Shown: in pieces, positions 16,369 to 30,576 of the stretch
How positions within the stretch are numbered: the first letter of the stretch is position 1
Layout of the letters: each line of letters begins with the position of its first letter
Source: the human T2T-CHM13v2.0 reference genome, Homo sapiens
Assembly (NCBI RefSeq): GCF_009914755.1
Contig: NC_060925.1
Length of the DNA stretch: 64,000 nucleotides
Strand: one strand, 5' to 3'
Translations under genes and position numbers: made by a program
Notes under the pieces: generated by a model
Databases searched by the model: none
Told to the model about the DNA's origin: nothing
The model's input: the letters and a program-made list of their open reading frames with translations, nothing else

Positions 16369-17086
16369 GGATAATAATGATAACATCAAAGTATTATTAT
16401 GAGGATTAAAATGAGTAAGACACTTGGCATGTTACCTGGCAATGACAAAAAACTTTCAAACAGTGATAGCCTCTATTAATTTAATACTTTTGGTGGTTAC
16501 CATTTTTTATCATTGTTAGCATTATCCACATTGGCTCATAGTGGGTGACACCTTTGGAAAGGTATTAGGGAAATAAAGAAAGAGGAGTTGTAAGTGATTA
16601 TGGCATACCTTTAAAATAGGAGTGTGCACTTGAATTTAGGCAGTGGGATGCCACTAAAGTTTTATTTGAGAGAAAGACTGAGTGTGTGTGTGTATTTGTG
16701 TGTTTGTGTAAGTGTGTGTACATGTTTGTGTATTTTGGCAGGAACATTAATAAGAAGAGGGGCCTTGCTGAAAGCAGTGATTTGTAAAGATCTGTTTACA
16801 CTATGCAGATAATTTGGGATTTGGAAAAGAATAGATAAACAAAAGGGAACAAAATTGCTTATACAATTTTTAACAGTTAGAAGGAAATTAGTAAGAGAAA
16901 AAAATCTGAAGAAAAATGTTTACATGTGTTGGGTATTTAATTGTATGCCAGGCACTTTGCTAACCTCTCTATGTTGATTACTACCATTTCATGTTCACAG
17001 TAACCTTATAATGGAAGATTCTATTATTGTCTCCATTTTATAGATGAGAAATCAAGGACATAAAGTGGTTACGGTCACACAGATAG

Positions 17087-17565
17087 TGTGGCAGAGACAG
17101 CTAGTGTCCCCAAATCCTTTCTCACCTTTTCCCCATACTAACAACATTTTCATCTGGGCATGTGATGACTCCAAGTGAAAAACCACATTTCTTAATCTCC
17201 TTTGTAGTGAAGTATGACTGTGTTGTGCACCCCACCCAGCCCTCAAAAAAAGAGTTGTGAATAATTTTGGAGAACTTTGAGAGTTGGCTTGTACCATCTG
17301 ACCTTCTTCCCTTCCTTATTCTGCCTTCCTCCTGTTACAGACATGTGACAGTCATAGCTCATCTTAGATCATGAAGGCCAGGGCTGCACGGTAGAATGGT
17401 AGAGCGTAAAGCAGGGAGGGAGCTGGATCCCTATGGAACTTGGAAAACAGAGCATCCACACCAATCCTGTACTGCCAACCTTTGGGCATTTACATTAGAA
17501 AGAAAAATAAGCTGCTCTCTGGGGTTTCCTCTTACTTTTTCACCTGACACGAATCCTTACTAACA
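17087..17565 (+). mobile_element. MLT1 (J-like) MaLR LTR inside an antisense MIR
   Basis: tgtggcagagacagctag...ccacatttcttaatctcctttg...catcttagatcatgaag...; MIR sequence (ccattttatagatgagaaatcaagg) lies immediately upstream. Confidence 0.55.
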
Positions 17566-18379
17566 AAGATCAGAGGGCACTCTCATCCACAGTGTATACT
17601 CTTTACCTTGGCTACTCTCAGATGCCCAACAGTTTTTATAAGGAATTGTAAAGATCTAACTCTTGTATTGTATAGCTCAGAAAGCCAAATTTACTGAAGT
17701 TAGGCCCATGTCCAGAGATGGATTCAAGAATTCAGTGGTGTATTTTCTCAGCTTTCTTGAGTAAAAATTAACGAAGTAGAGAAGTTTGAAAGCTCTGCTG
17801 CTTCTTCCTTCTGCTAGACAAGGTTGTTTGCATTTCTTTTTACTTTGCATAAATATCTCTAATTTTGAGAAAAGTAACCTTAGCAGATAAGGAAAGAAGT
17901 TGAAGGGTAGTTTGTTTAATTATCAAGAGCAATGATGTATAAATGGCTTTTGGGAAAAAATGATATCTAACTTTAAGTTAAGAACCTGTGTAGTTATTAT
18001 GGAATGAAGTGAATTCTGTAAAACCATTGATATAAGGTAAGTGTGCTTTTAGATGCTGCATGTTATTCTATGATTTTTATTTTGAGCAATAACAAAAAGA
18101 TGTTGAAATTATACCAGTTGACCAGTTGCTGACAGGCAATCCTAAAGTATTGGCTGGAACTGATAAGAGGTTACCAGCATTACATATTCATAGATATTCT
18201 CAACTTGAAGTACTTTCTAAAGCAAACAGTTCTGTCATCATCACTATGCATAGAGGTATAACGGTGATGCAGGGTGGTTTTCAGATAGACTAGGTTTTTA
18301 TTTTGCCTCTATACTGGACAGGTTGAGTGACCACAGAGCTTTATATCTTAGTGACTAGTGGTTAAAGAGATTGCATTTG

Positions 18380-18690
18380 CATTATCCTAAGTGAATTAGC
18401 ACAGGAACAGAAAACCTACCACTGTGTGTTTTCACTTATAAGTCGGAGCTAAACATTTGATACACACGAACATAAATATGGCAACAATAGACACTGGGGA
18501 CTGCTGGAGAGGGGAAGAGGGGAGGAGAGTAAAGATTGAAAATGAACTGTTAGGTACTATGCTTACTACCTAGAGGATGGGATTAATCATACCCCCAATC
18601 TCAGCATTGTGCAATATACTCATGTAACAAACCTACACATGTACCCTCTGAATCTAAAATAAAAGTTGAAATTATAAAAAATAAATAAAA
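18380..18690 (+). mobile_element. L1PB-like 3'UTR fragment
   Basis: cattatcctaagtgaattagcacaggaacagaaaacc...catgtaccctctgaatctaaaataaaagttg followed by an A-rich tail. Confidence 0.8.
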
Positions 18691-19580
18691 AGACAAAAAA
18701 ACTATAGTGAGATATCATCTCATCCCAGTTAAAATGGCTTTTATAAAAAAGTCAGGCAATACCCAATGCTAGCAAGGATGTGGAGAAAAGAGAACCCTTG
18801 TACACTGTTGGTGTATAAAATTAGTACAACCACCATGGAGAACAGTTTAGAGATTCCTCAAAAAACTAAAAATTTAGTTGCCATATGATGCACCAATTCC
18901 ACTGCTGGGTATATACCCAAAAGAAAGGAAATGAGTATATGGAAGAGATACCTGCACTTCCATGTTTGTTGCAATACTGTTTACAATAGCTAAGATTTAG
19001 AAGCAACCTAAGTGTGCATGAGCAGATGAATGGAGAAAGAAAATGTTGTACATTTCCACAATGGAGTACTAGCCAGACATAAAAAGAAGGAGATCCAGTC
19101 ATTTGCAACAACATAGATGGAACTGGAGATCATTATGTTAAGTGAAACAAGCCAGACACAGAAAGACAAACATCACAGGTTCTCACTTATTTTTGAGATC
19201 TAAAAATCAAAACAGTTGAACTCATAGAGAGAGAATAGAAGGATAGTTACCAGAGGCTGGGAAGGGTAGTTTTGGGAGGCAGGGTTGCAGGGGAGGAGGG
19301 ATGGGCAAAAAAAATAATTAGAAAGAATGAGTAAGACCTAGTATTTGAGAGCACCACAGACACTATAGTCAATAATAATTTAATTGTACACTTTAAAATA
19401 ACTAAAATAGTATAATTGGATTGTTTGTAACAGAAAGGATAAATGCTTGAGGGGGATGGATACCCAGTTTTCCATGATGTAATTATTACTCATTGCATGC
19501 CTGTACCAAAACATCTCAATTACCCCATAAATATATACACCTACTGTGTACCCACGAAATTAAAAATAAAAAAATTTTTA
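18691..19580 (+). mobile_element. L1MA (about MA2) ORF2 end plus 3'UTR
   Basis: gagatatcatctcatcccagttaaaatggct...tatacacctactgtgtacccacgaaattaaaaataaaaaaa. Confidence 0.85.
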
Positions 19581-20369
19581 AAATAAATTATATTTCATAA
19601 TCAGTGGTGTATGCATGCAATATAAATGCTTGTTCCTAGAGGATTTCAAGATCATATGGTCTTTCTAAGTCACATACTATACCAAAGCTCTTCAGACAAG
19701 AGCTTCTTATACAGTCTGAATTTGTGCAGAATCTCAAAAGGGCAATAAAATTTTGAAATAATGTGATTAACTCCAAATTCATTACGAATTATGTAGTTTC
19801 CGTGCTGGGAACCAAATGAATTATAAAGTATGTTTACACTGCTTCAACACGGTGGCTCCATTTTAGCTGCAAACAGAAATTCTTATCATTTTTTTCAGGA
19901 TTAGTCCCAAATACTCAAGTTTAAGTTATCCTAAATCTTTCTTTAGGAACGCCTCACAAATAAAATATAAGAAATTTTGATATTGTACTCTTGGCAAAGT
20001 TTTGCTCTGCTTCCCTAATCTAATGGGACAGTGACAGCTTACAATGAAACATTTTCAAAAACATTCCCTGCTAAATCAAACTGAAATGCAGGGGATTTAC
20101 ATGGACATTTGAGATCGTTTGGTGTAATAGAGCATGGACTGTCAAGTAAGAAGTTTCACATGGACTACGGAGTAAGACCAGTCCTTCTACCATCTTGGAA
20201 CTTGACCTTTTTTTGTAAAATTGGAAACATAACAGCTCACCATCTTGTTGAGAAGACTAAATGAAGTAATGTGAAAGTTCCTTAAGGAAGAAATGTTAAA
20301 TGTTATTACGCTTGACCTGTTTTCTTGTTAACATCTTATATCTTGAAATTTTCTTTAAAGCCTCTAAAT

Positions 20370-20671
20370 GTTGTTTTTGTTTGTTTGTTTGTTTTGACGG
20401 AGTCTTGCTCAGTCACCCCAGGCTGGAGTGCAGTGGTACAATCTTGGCTCACTGCAACCTCTGCCTTTAGGGTTCAAGCAATTCTATCTCAGCCTCCTGA
20501 GTAGCTAGGACTACAGGCATGCACCACCACGCCCAGCTAATTTTTGTATTTTTAGTAGAGACGGGGTTTCACTGTATTGGCCAGGCTGGTCTCGAACTCC
20601 TGACCTCGTGATCTGCCCTCCTCTGCCTCCCAAAGTGCTGAGACTGCAGGCGTGAGCCACCCTGCCCAGCC
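20370..20671 (-). mobile_element. Alu (AluS) with (TTTG)n tail
   Basis: Full antisense Alu. Confidence 0.93.
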
Positions 20672-21082
20672 AACGTTGTGTTTTTAAATACGTTAAAGTT
20701 ACAGCATATGGTTTTAAAAGCCTTTATTTCTCCAGTCAAATATTAGAAACTCAAGAAAAAGGATGCACTAAGTTGAAACTTGCTCTACTACTTTGGCAGC
20801 CACACTTAAGGCAGAAAAGTAAGTTAAAGATCTTATACCTTTGAGTTTAAAAACAAACAGTGATTTTTCTCATTTAGCAGCCCTGTGCAGAATCATAGCA
20901 GAATCATCTCATCTCTCTTGGGAGAAATGTTGGCAGTTAATTAAGCCAATTCCTTCATTTTGTGGTTAAGTGCACTCAGATCCAGGGATTAATCGACTTT
21001 GCCAAAGTCATTTATCTAGTTAACTGTAGAAAAGGCAGAACCTCTTGAATTCCAAGCTAGTGGCTATTTCACTTAGCTAGTA

Positions 21083-21327
21083 TTTTTAAAATCATTGACT
21101 TTAGTGTGTATATATATGTATACACTATTTATGTGTGTATATTTTTAAAATCATTGGCTTTAGTGTGTATATACACTATATGTGTGTGTATATATGTGTG
21201 ACATATATACACACTATATATGTTTATATGTATGTGTGTATATATGTGTGACATATATACACACTATATATGTTTATATGTATGTGTGTATATATATATA
21301 TAATTTGTGTGTGTGTGTATATATATA
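21083..21327. repeat. Compound (TA)/(TG) low-complexity tract with internal tandem duplications
   Basis: tttttaaaatcattg(a/g)ctttagtgtgtatata occurs twice, and a ~50-bp unit (tgtgtgtatatatgtgtgacatatatacacactatatatgtttatatgta) occurs twice. Confidence 0.85.
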
Positions 21328-22891
21328 ACTTTTAATGTTATTTTCCAGTGTCAAGAGACCATTTGAAATTAAATCTGGCTTCAAAAAATGTTACCATCAA
21401 AAGTCATTAAGTGTTTTCTGGTTTTGATATTTGTATTGCGATTATATAAGAGAAGGTCCTTGCTCTTGGTTTACACAGAAATATTTTGTGATTTAAAAAT
21501 ATTAATGATTACTGCCCACCAATTTTTATGTTAGGTATTTTTCAAGGCACTGGGATTTTTCTTTTGAAAATCTTATCCTTGAGAGATTTGATCTATTACT
21601 ATGTTATGGTATATTTTTGCCTTATAGTGATTATGATTTTTTTCTTTCTGCTTCTGAAATGTGGTAGATATGTGTAGAAATCATAAGAAATGGCCATTCT
21701 TGGTGTCAAACTTGTTTTATCTTCAATTATCATAATAAACTATTGAATGCAAAAAAAAAAATAAAGTTGCTGAGAGTAGTAAGTGCTTAACAGAAATATT
21801 TAGAAAAAAGTAAAACCAAACCCAGTAAAGACCTCATTAATTTAAACTCTATTAAAGAAGGATTGTGAACAGTACTTGAACTGAAATTTAGTTTTGGATC
21901 CAGAATTCTATTTAATTGCCTATGCAAAATAATAATGTGAACAAGATTAGAAAGGGAATGTTTTCAATAGTTAAAAGAACAAAATGTCTCTGAGCAGCCA
22001 GCCTTCAGTAGTTGAGAATGCTGATTAACATACACATAAGAGGCATGCTAATTACGGGCAGCCTTATCGGGTCATTACAGCAGGTCCCCCAGGACCTTTC
22101 TGTTACTGGGTAGAACTTGAAAGTAATAAATTTGCTTTTCTTTACAATTATTCTATAATTAGAAATTCCACAGATTTAAGCCATTTTCTCATGGAACTGC
22201 CCTTATTAAACAATTGATTTTTAGCAAATATCCACACATTTCCTGATATATAATACAAAATAGATACTGATATGTGTAAAAGAAAGATGGTGACCCTATT
22301 AGAAAGCATCATCCTTTTTAGTTTTTCCACACTCATTTTGATGAGAAACTTTAAAATCCCTTTTAGTTTTTTTTAATCGATTTACGTCTGAAGGCTCATA
22401 TCGATCTTGTTCTCAATGAAAGTCAACATAGTATTCTTAGGTCTTAGGTCTAGTCTTTTTATTCTTCGATGAAACAGATAGAAATTTGTCTCTCCTATTG
22501 ATGAAAAGATTGAAGCTTTAAACAGAAGGGAGATACCAGTACCATTTTTTCAAAGAATATGCCCATATTTAAATTGTACAAGTTTTGTTTTTCTGTGAGT
22601 ACAACAATCAGATATTAAAATGGCATGTTTTTTTAACTTAAAAAGAGTATTATGTAGTTATTATTATGCACGTTGATGTGGCACTTTTTCTCAACTGTTA
22701 GAATATTCTTCTTAGATATCATTACCAAACAACTGATTGGCCATTTAATTTTGGTCATATTTCACTTTTCCTAATACCTAAATGGCACAAACAGACATGA
22801 AAATAGTGTAAGGCTCAGACTTCATTGTACCTAAGAAATCAGTGAAGCTTTTCATCAGGTGGAAGGAAGAGTAGACTGGATTTTCTCTTAG

Positions 22892-23272
<381 letters not shown>

Positions 23273-23702
23273 TAATATATTTGGTAAAAAACATACCATT
23301 TTCCAAAGTGTTTATATCATTTCGGTTGTTGTTTTGACCCTTCTAATTATTTAGCAGCTCTATCCATGGAGACTACTGGGGGAAGTCTTGAGTTTTGCCT
23401 ATTCATGGAAGGCAGGAAGTAAGCCAGAAGGAACCTCATTCCATCCCCAGATTTGTTTATCTGAAAGACCCATCATCAGTTGTGAAATGTGGAAATTTTA
23501 AGCAAGGTCTTGTATATAAATTTTATAGATGGGAAAACTGTTGAAAAAAGAAAATGCAACTGAGAGATATTACTGGTATTTTTGTCATTGACAACCAAGG
23601 ATAACAATTGCATTGCTCCCTTGTTTGTGATGTATAGAGACATCTATACTTAAAAGACATTTTATTTGAGCACCAAAGTAATTATAAATGGTTTATTGTA
23701 TT

Positions 23703-24618
23703 TATTGTGGGATCTGGCCAGCAGCCCGCAATGCAGCGGGGCTCTCTTTCTTTTCCCAGGCAGATCGGCAGGTCGATAAATAATAGACACACACAAGATA
23801 GTGAAAGCTGGGTCCAGGAGGGTCACCGCCTTCTGGTCCTGCAGTGCTGCCAATGCACTGGATATACCAGCATTTATTATTAAGTTTAGTGAGGGCAGGG
23901 GTAGGTTAGTGAGGGATTTAGGGTTGTTTGATTATAAGGTGAGATGGTCACGTGGGGATGAAGTAATTCTTTAACATAACATCTGTATGCAGAAGTACAG
24001 TATACAGAGAAAAGAATTTACAGTATAGTGTGTGCATCAGTAATTTCTAACAGAGCCTTAAAACAGAAACACAGTCTTTCCGTAACCTATGATCAGCAAG
24101 ATATTAATCAGCAGTAACAGTTGCAGCAAAAGCTGGTTACAAACAATCCATAGAAACAGGATGTGAGGCTAGACAACTGGTTAGACCAGAAATACTCAGA
24201 AGGGAGTATGCCTTAACCCTAAAGAGGCCTAGAAGAGCCATGGCAAGATGAGGGCATTTATAGCCCTATCTTATCCACATGAACAGGCGCCCCTCATGCG
24301 TCCGTTTATAGGCTCTCCACAAGGGTCACATTCCCTCATGCGTCCGTTTATAGGCTCTCCACAAGGGTCACATTCCATTCCCAGAGCTATGAACATCTGC
24401 TTTTCTGGGATAGGAATCTTGGTGATGTGAAACCTCCCTGACTGCACATCCATTCATAGGCTCTCTGCAGGGGGAAGCAAATCACACGCTGTTGGCTCAT
24501 TCTGGCAGTCCAACCTGGCATTGTCTTTACACAATCCTGCATGCAATTTTATATTTACAATAATCAGAAGCATTTCATCTTTTATTCCATAGCAGTAGTT
24601 TCAGGGGGTCTCCCTACA
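23703..24618 (-). mobile_element. ERVK-class solo LTR, MER11D-like
   Basis: The minus strand starts TGTAGGGAGACCCCCTGAAAC and ends CCAGATCCCACAATA (~915 bp). 6-bp TSD tgtatt / tatatt. AATAAA on the minus strand near 23875. Internal 42-bp tandem duplication. Confidence 0.8.
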
Positions 24619-24891
24619 TATATTTATAACTTTTTCCCTATTTATTTATGCTGTTTATGTTTAAGTATGGTTCCCTGAGAGCTCACCTGATATATCACAC
24701 TGCTGAAACTGAGCTAGATCTCTAAAGCTTTCTCCAGATTTAACATCCTATGATTCACTGACTGTGTAAATTAATTCTAACCACTGATGTTGAAAATGTC
24801 TTCTCATGGATCTGTAAAGGTTATGCAGAAAAATCTAGTTGCTAAATAACGGAGCTATCTTCAGGAATGAAAACTGGTAAAGAATATTATT

Positions 24892-25199
24892 GGCTGGGTG
24901 CAGTGGCTCATGCCTGTAATCCCAGTGTTTTAGGAGGCTGAGGTGGGAGGATTGCCTGATGCCTGGAGTTCCAGACTAGCTTGGGCAACATAACCACATC
25001 TTACAAAAAACAAAAAACAAAAAACTAGCTGGGCATTGTGGCATGCACCTATAGTCCTAGCTACTTTAGAAGTCTGAGGTAAGGAGGACCCCTTAAGCCC
25101 AGGAGTTAGAGGTTACAATGAGCTATGATAGCTCCATGATAGCACCATTACATTCCAGCCTGGGTGACAGAGTGAGACCCTGTCTGTTAGGGGGAAAAA

Positions 25200-25200
<1 letters not shown>
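24892..25200 (+). mobile_element. Alu (AluJ)
   Basis: Diverged dimeric Alu. Confidence 0.9.

Positions 25201-25201
<1 letters not shown>

Positions 25202-25240
<39 letters not shown>
25202..25240. repeat. (CA)19 microsatellite at the Alu tail
   Basis: Perfect CA run. Confidence 0.97.
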
Positions 25241-25244
<4 letters not shown>

Positions 25245-26158
25245 GAGTCAGTGATATGTATAGTCAATGGAAGAATTTAGTCAATATAAATATATTTATA
25301 TATATATATAGTCAATATAAATATGTACATATAGTCAATGGAAGAATTTCCATACATTTTTGGTCCCTAAGTGTACAACTTCACTGGGTTATTAAAAATA
25401 TTAAAAAACACCTATAAAGTGCTTAGAACAGTACCTGGCAACCTTGTAAGTGCTATGTTAAGTGTTTACTGTTACTGCCACCAACACCACTGAGGATCCA
25501 GCAGAGGATTCTATGATAAGTTGTCTTTGTCCTAAAAATAGTATATCCTCTTGCAGTCATTGGAAATAATATGGCCAGTAATCTAAAATATATAGTTTCC
25601 TAGTAGCTATAGGCTATTTTGAAGTCATTCTAAAACCAACCATTAAACCTGAGCGTAATCTGTTTAACACATGAAGAAAGCTGTTTCATAAGACTCTGAA
25701 AGAGATTTATAAAATGAAAATGCTGTGGCATCAAATATTAATATTTTGCTAGCAGCAGGTAGCCCAAATGTTGATGGCTGGTATGCATTTGAAGGCCTAC
25801 TTAACTGTGAATTTTATTAGGACCATTCCTCAGAGCTGGAGTTACAAATGGGCTTATAAATGAGAAATTAACCACCCCTCTAGGGAACAGCAGTTTCTTT
25901 GAAATCTTAATTAACCAATCACACTGATCTTCTCTTTTTTCAATTGCCAACACTTGGATAAATGTTGAATAAAACATTGTCTAATTGGAAATAGCTTAAG
26001 TACTGGGAACACCATTCTTTTATATGTTGAAATAAGTATAGTGGTAAAATGAAATAAATTTTAAAAAGTAGTGCATATGTGCCTGTTTGAATATTTTCAT
26101 TTGTCCACTATACTTTTAAAAAAATTAAACTGTAAAAAAATTACATTGTGAAACTAGG

Positions 26159-26446
26159 TTTTTTTCTTTTTTCTTTATTGAGACAGTCTCACTCTGACAC
26201 CCAGGGAGGAGTGCAGTGGTGTGATCAGGACTCATTGCAGCCTTGACCTCCCAGGCTCAAGCAGTCCTCCTGCCTCAGCTTCCTGAGTAGCTGGGACAAC
26301 AGGTGCACAGTACTATGCCCTGCTAATTTTTTGATTTTTTTATAGAGAGGAGATCTCACTATTTTGCCCTGGCTGGTTTCAAAAGCAATTTTCCCACCTT
26401 GGCCTCTCAAAGTGCTGGGATTACAGGTGTGAGTTACCAAGCCTAG
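26159..26446 (-). mobile_element. Alu (AluJ)
   Basis: Diverged antisense Alu (gcagccttgacctcccaggctcaagc). Confidence 0.9.
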
Positions 26447-27737
26447 GCAGAAGTTGTTTTTTTTTTAATTGGAAAATAAGCATAAGAAACATAGGATGTT
26501 TCATGTTCAGAAAGACCATTACTTACAATATGACTTTGTAGTATCACTTTATTTTCTTCCACACAGAACATTACAAGTAGAGGCAACACATTTGTGAAGA
26601 GGTTAATTTTAACAAAATATAAATAAACTGATCCACTGTAAAGTGTTACCTAGAAAAGATAGTTTATGTAGTGGAATGGAAATACATATATAGGTGAAAA
26701 TTTAATGACCTTTCTAATTGAATTTTTTGAAGAAATAAACATTGTATTTTCTAAGATAAATTCTTCTATGTTATATTATTACTTTATTAAAATGGATACT
26801 GCAGTCAATATGATTTTCTTAAATTTATAAGAACATAGAGAAGATAGTTTTGTGAACAGTTAGGTCTCCCTTAGGCTTATTATTTCTTTGAAATTGTTTT
26901 ATTTGTGCTGTATAGTTTTCATACATATGAGACTTTCCAATAATAGCTATTGAATGGAAAAAATACATATAGAACACAGTCATTTAAGTCGCTCAAATTT
27001 CTAGAAATAAAATATGGAGACCTGCTTTCCCAAATATATTTGCTATGTCCTTTTTCAGATTTAGCAAACATTATGCCTTCTATATGCCATACACATTTGC
27101 ATAGTTATATTTAATGTTGAGTACAATGTTGTAAACTGGAGATATGTGTTTCAAGCAGAAGGAATAACATGTAGGTACAAAGGGATTTGATTATAATGAG
27201 CATGGCACGTTGGATAGGGTCAGAGAGTTTTTAATGCTAATCAGTGGGAAGGGAGTTGGAGACCAGATGACTAGTAGGCTAAAATGATGGGTTAGGGCAG
27301 TTCCTGTTGGACATTGAATGGCAAAGGGGAGTCCACAAGAGTTTATATTTTATTCTTTTGTCTGAGGGTCCTTGAATGGGCTTTAGTCCATTGTGAATCT
27401 CTTTAAATTACGTATGTGTATGTGTGTTAGTATGCATATGCACTTGTACGTCCGCATCCACTGAACACACGTGCTGTGGAAAGGGTTTGTAGTTTTCATT
27501 AGATTCTGTAATTCCACAAAGTTAAGAATCACTGCAGTAGATATGACACATCCTATTAGAGATTCTAATTATGTGATGATGGAGTAAGAATTGTTGGTTG
27601 TTTGCTTTTTAAGAAAGATCATTTTGGCAGCAAGACCACAGGTCACTATCTCACATCATATACAAAAATGAACTTTAAGAGCTAAGACTGTGATGCTCTT
27701 CGAAGAACACAAAGGGGTAAATCTTCATGACTTTGGA

Positions 27738-28035
27738 TTTGTTTTGTTTTGTTTTGAGATGGAATCTCACTCTGTTGCCCAAGCTGGAGTGCAAGGCACT
27801 ATCTCAGCTCACTGCAATCTCTGCCTCCCAGGTTCAAGCAATTCTCCTGCCTCAGTCTCCTGAGTAGCTGGGATTACAGTGTGTGCCACCACGCCCAACT
27901 AATTTTTCTATTTTTGGTAGAGACAGGGTTTCACCATGTTGGCCAGGCTGGTCTTGAACTCCTGACCTCAGGTGATCTGCCTTGCCTCGGCCTCCCAAAG
28001 TGCTGGGATTACAGGCATGAGACACCGTGGCCAGC
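27738..28035 (-). mobile_element. Alu (AluSx-like)
   Basis: Full antisense Alu. TSD catgactttggattt / catgactttgtattt. Confidence 0.93.
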
Positions 28036-28247
28036 CATGACTTTGTATTTAATAGTGGTTTATTATACTTATGAAACTTATTGTACTTATGAAACCAAAA
28101 GTACAAGCAGCAAAATATAAAACATAAACTGGACTTCCTTAAAACTTAAGACTTGTTGTATTAAACGACATCATCAGGAAAATGAAAAGGCAATCTAGAG
28201 AAGAGGAAATTTGCAAATCATATCTCTGATAAAGATTGAGTATTCAG

Positions 28248-28781
28248 CCATTTGACCCAGCAATCCCATTACTGGGTATATGCCCAAAGGATTATAAATC
28301 GTGCTGTTATAAAGACACATGCACACATATGTTTATTGCGGCACTATTCACAATAGCAAAGACTTGGAAGCAACCCAGATGTCCAACAATGATAGACTGG
28401 ATTAAGAAAATGTGGCACATATACACCATGGAATACTATGCAGCCATAAAAAATGATAAGTTCATGTCCTTCTTAGGGACATGGATTAAGCTGGAAACCA
28501 TCATTCTCAGCAAACTATCACAAGGACAAAATCTAAACACTGCATGTTCTCACTCATAGGTGGGAATCGAACAATGAGAACACATGGACACAGGAAGGGG
28601 AACATCACACACCGGGGCCTGCTGTGGGGTGGGAGGAGGGGGGAGGGATAGCATTAGGAGATATACCTGATGTTAAGTGACGAGTTAATGGGTGCAGCGC
28701 ACCAACATGGCACATGTATACATATGTAACTAACCTGCATGTTGTGCACATATACCCTAAAACTTAAAGTATAGTAAAAAA
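28248..28781 (+). mobile_element. 5'-truncated L1PA (about PA4/5) 3' end
   Basis: ORF2 C-terminus ([10 protein letters not shown]...) plus 3'UTR. Perfect 17-bp TSD aaagattgagtattcag (28231-28247 / 28782-28798). Confidence 0.93.
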
Positions 28782-30084
28782 AAAGATTGAGTATTCAGAA
28801 TATATCAATAATTTTTATAACTCAATAAAAATGTAACCCAACTGAAAAATTAGAATCAATATTTCTCCAAAGAGAATATTTCTCCAAAGAAGACATACAA
28901 ATGGCCAGCTAGCACATGAAAAGATGCTTAACACCATTAGTCATCAGGGAAATTCAAATGAAAACCACGATGAGATACCACTTCACACCCACTAATATGG
29001 CTGTAATCAAAAAGTCGAGTGTTGGCAAGGATGTAGAGAAATTGGGACCCTTATACACTGCTGGTTGGAATGTCAAAATGCTGTAGCTGCCTTGGAAAAC
29101 AGCTGACACTTCCTCAAAAGATTAGATATATAGTTACCATATGACCCAGCAATTCTATTTATAGGTAAATAGCCAAGAGAATTGAAAGCAAAGCAACACA
29201 AAAACTTCTACACAAATCTATTTAGCAACATTGTTCATAATAGCCAAAAAAGTGGAAACAACCAAAATGTTCATAAAGTGCTGAAGAAATAACTCATCCA
29301 TTCATAGCACATCCAAAACGTTATAGTCATATGAGGAATATTACTGAGCAGTAAAAAGGAATGGAGCATTGATGTATGCTACAACGTGGATGTACCTTGG
29401 AAAGATGCTAAGCGAATGAAATGAGTCACAAACACTACATTTTATATGATTCTGCATATATGAGATGTTGAGAATAGGCAAATTTATTTGAGATACTGAA
29501 AGTAGAGGCTACCAATGGCCTCTGCTTTCAGTAGGAGAATCAGAATTATTGGAGGGTGATGACAAAAAGATACGATGTTTATTTTGGAGGTATGAAAATG
29601 TTTTAAACCTCGACTTGTGACAAATATACAACTCTGAATATGCCAAAAGTCATGGAATTGTACGCTTTAAACGGGTAAATTTTTTCGTATGTGAATTTTA
29701 TCTTAATAAATTTATTTTTTAAACAAAAAGATTATTTATAATATTTCTGGGAGACAAAGCTCAGGTCCTGAAATAAGGTAGGAGCAATAGAAGTGGAGCA
29801 ATGATGATGGATTTGAGGGTCAATAATAAGAAACAACAGGTAAAATGTTTTAAATTGCTTTGACACTAAAAGGAAGGAGAATGCATATATGGTAATTCCT
29901 AGATTTCTGGCTAGCAGGGCTAGATAGAGAATGGTGCCATTACCACAGTGGGGTAGGAATATGGAAAGGAAAGAATGGTTTGGGGAAAAGATGATGAGTT
30001 ATTGTTTTAAGTAGGCTGACTTTGACTTAGCTGTCGGACAACCAGGTGGAGGTGCTCAGTAGGCAATTTAACATGTAGGTCCCA

Positions 30085-30293
30085 GACTAGGTGAGGTAGC
30101 TCACACCTGTATTCCTAGCCCTTTGGGAGGCCAAGGCAGGTGGATTGTTTGAGCCCAGGAGTTTGATACCAGTCTGGGCAACATGGCAAAAAACCCATCT
30201 GTACAAAAAAATACAAAATATTAGCTGAGTGTGGTGGCACGCTGCACTCCAGCCTGGGCAACAGAGTAAGACTTAGAAAAATAAAAATAAAAA
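30085..30293 (+). mobile_element. AluJ with an internal deletion in the right arm
   Basis: Left arm, then gtggtggcac|gctgcactccagcctggg, then an A-rich tail. Confidence 0.85.
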
Positions 30294-30455
30294 ATGTAGA
30301 TCTGAAGCCTAGAGACATGCTTTGAAAAAAAATCATTAGTGAACATCTTGAAGTTGAGGCTTTGTGTATGAAAAGCTGCAAAGAGATGAGATGAAAATCA
30401 GGCAAGAGGTATTCTGGAGCCCATGAAGGAAGAGGTTCAAGAAGAATGGAGTGGA

Positions 30456-30576
30456 ACCTGGCAGTGGTGCGTGCCTGTAGTCCCAGCTACTGAGGAGGCT
30501 GAGGCGAGAGAAATTACTTGAGCCCTGGAGTTTGAGGCTAGTCTGGGCAACACAGCAAGACCCCATCTCTTTAAAA
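30456..30576 (+). mobile_element. FLAM (monomeric Alu)
   Basis: gtggtgcgtgcctgtagtcccagctact...gagtttgaggctagtctgggcaacacagcaagaccccatctctttaaaaa. Confidence 0.8.

Larger units (their letters stand above)
27640..29725 (+). mobile_element. Old L1M (MB/MC-like) ORF2 end plus 3'UTR, interrupted by an Alu and an L1PA
   Basis: ggtaaatcttcatgactttgg...atttgcaaatcatatctctgataa...gagataccacttcacacccact...ggaattgtacgctttaaacgggtaaatt...atcttaataaa. Confidence 0.8.

Noticed and set aside
26550-26606. Possible micro-exon (ttttcttccacacag ... gag|gttaat)
   Set aside because: Weak donor, no recognisable peptide and no supporting neighbouring exons.
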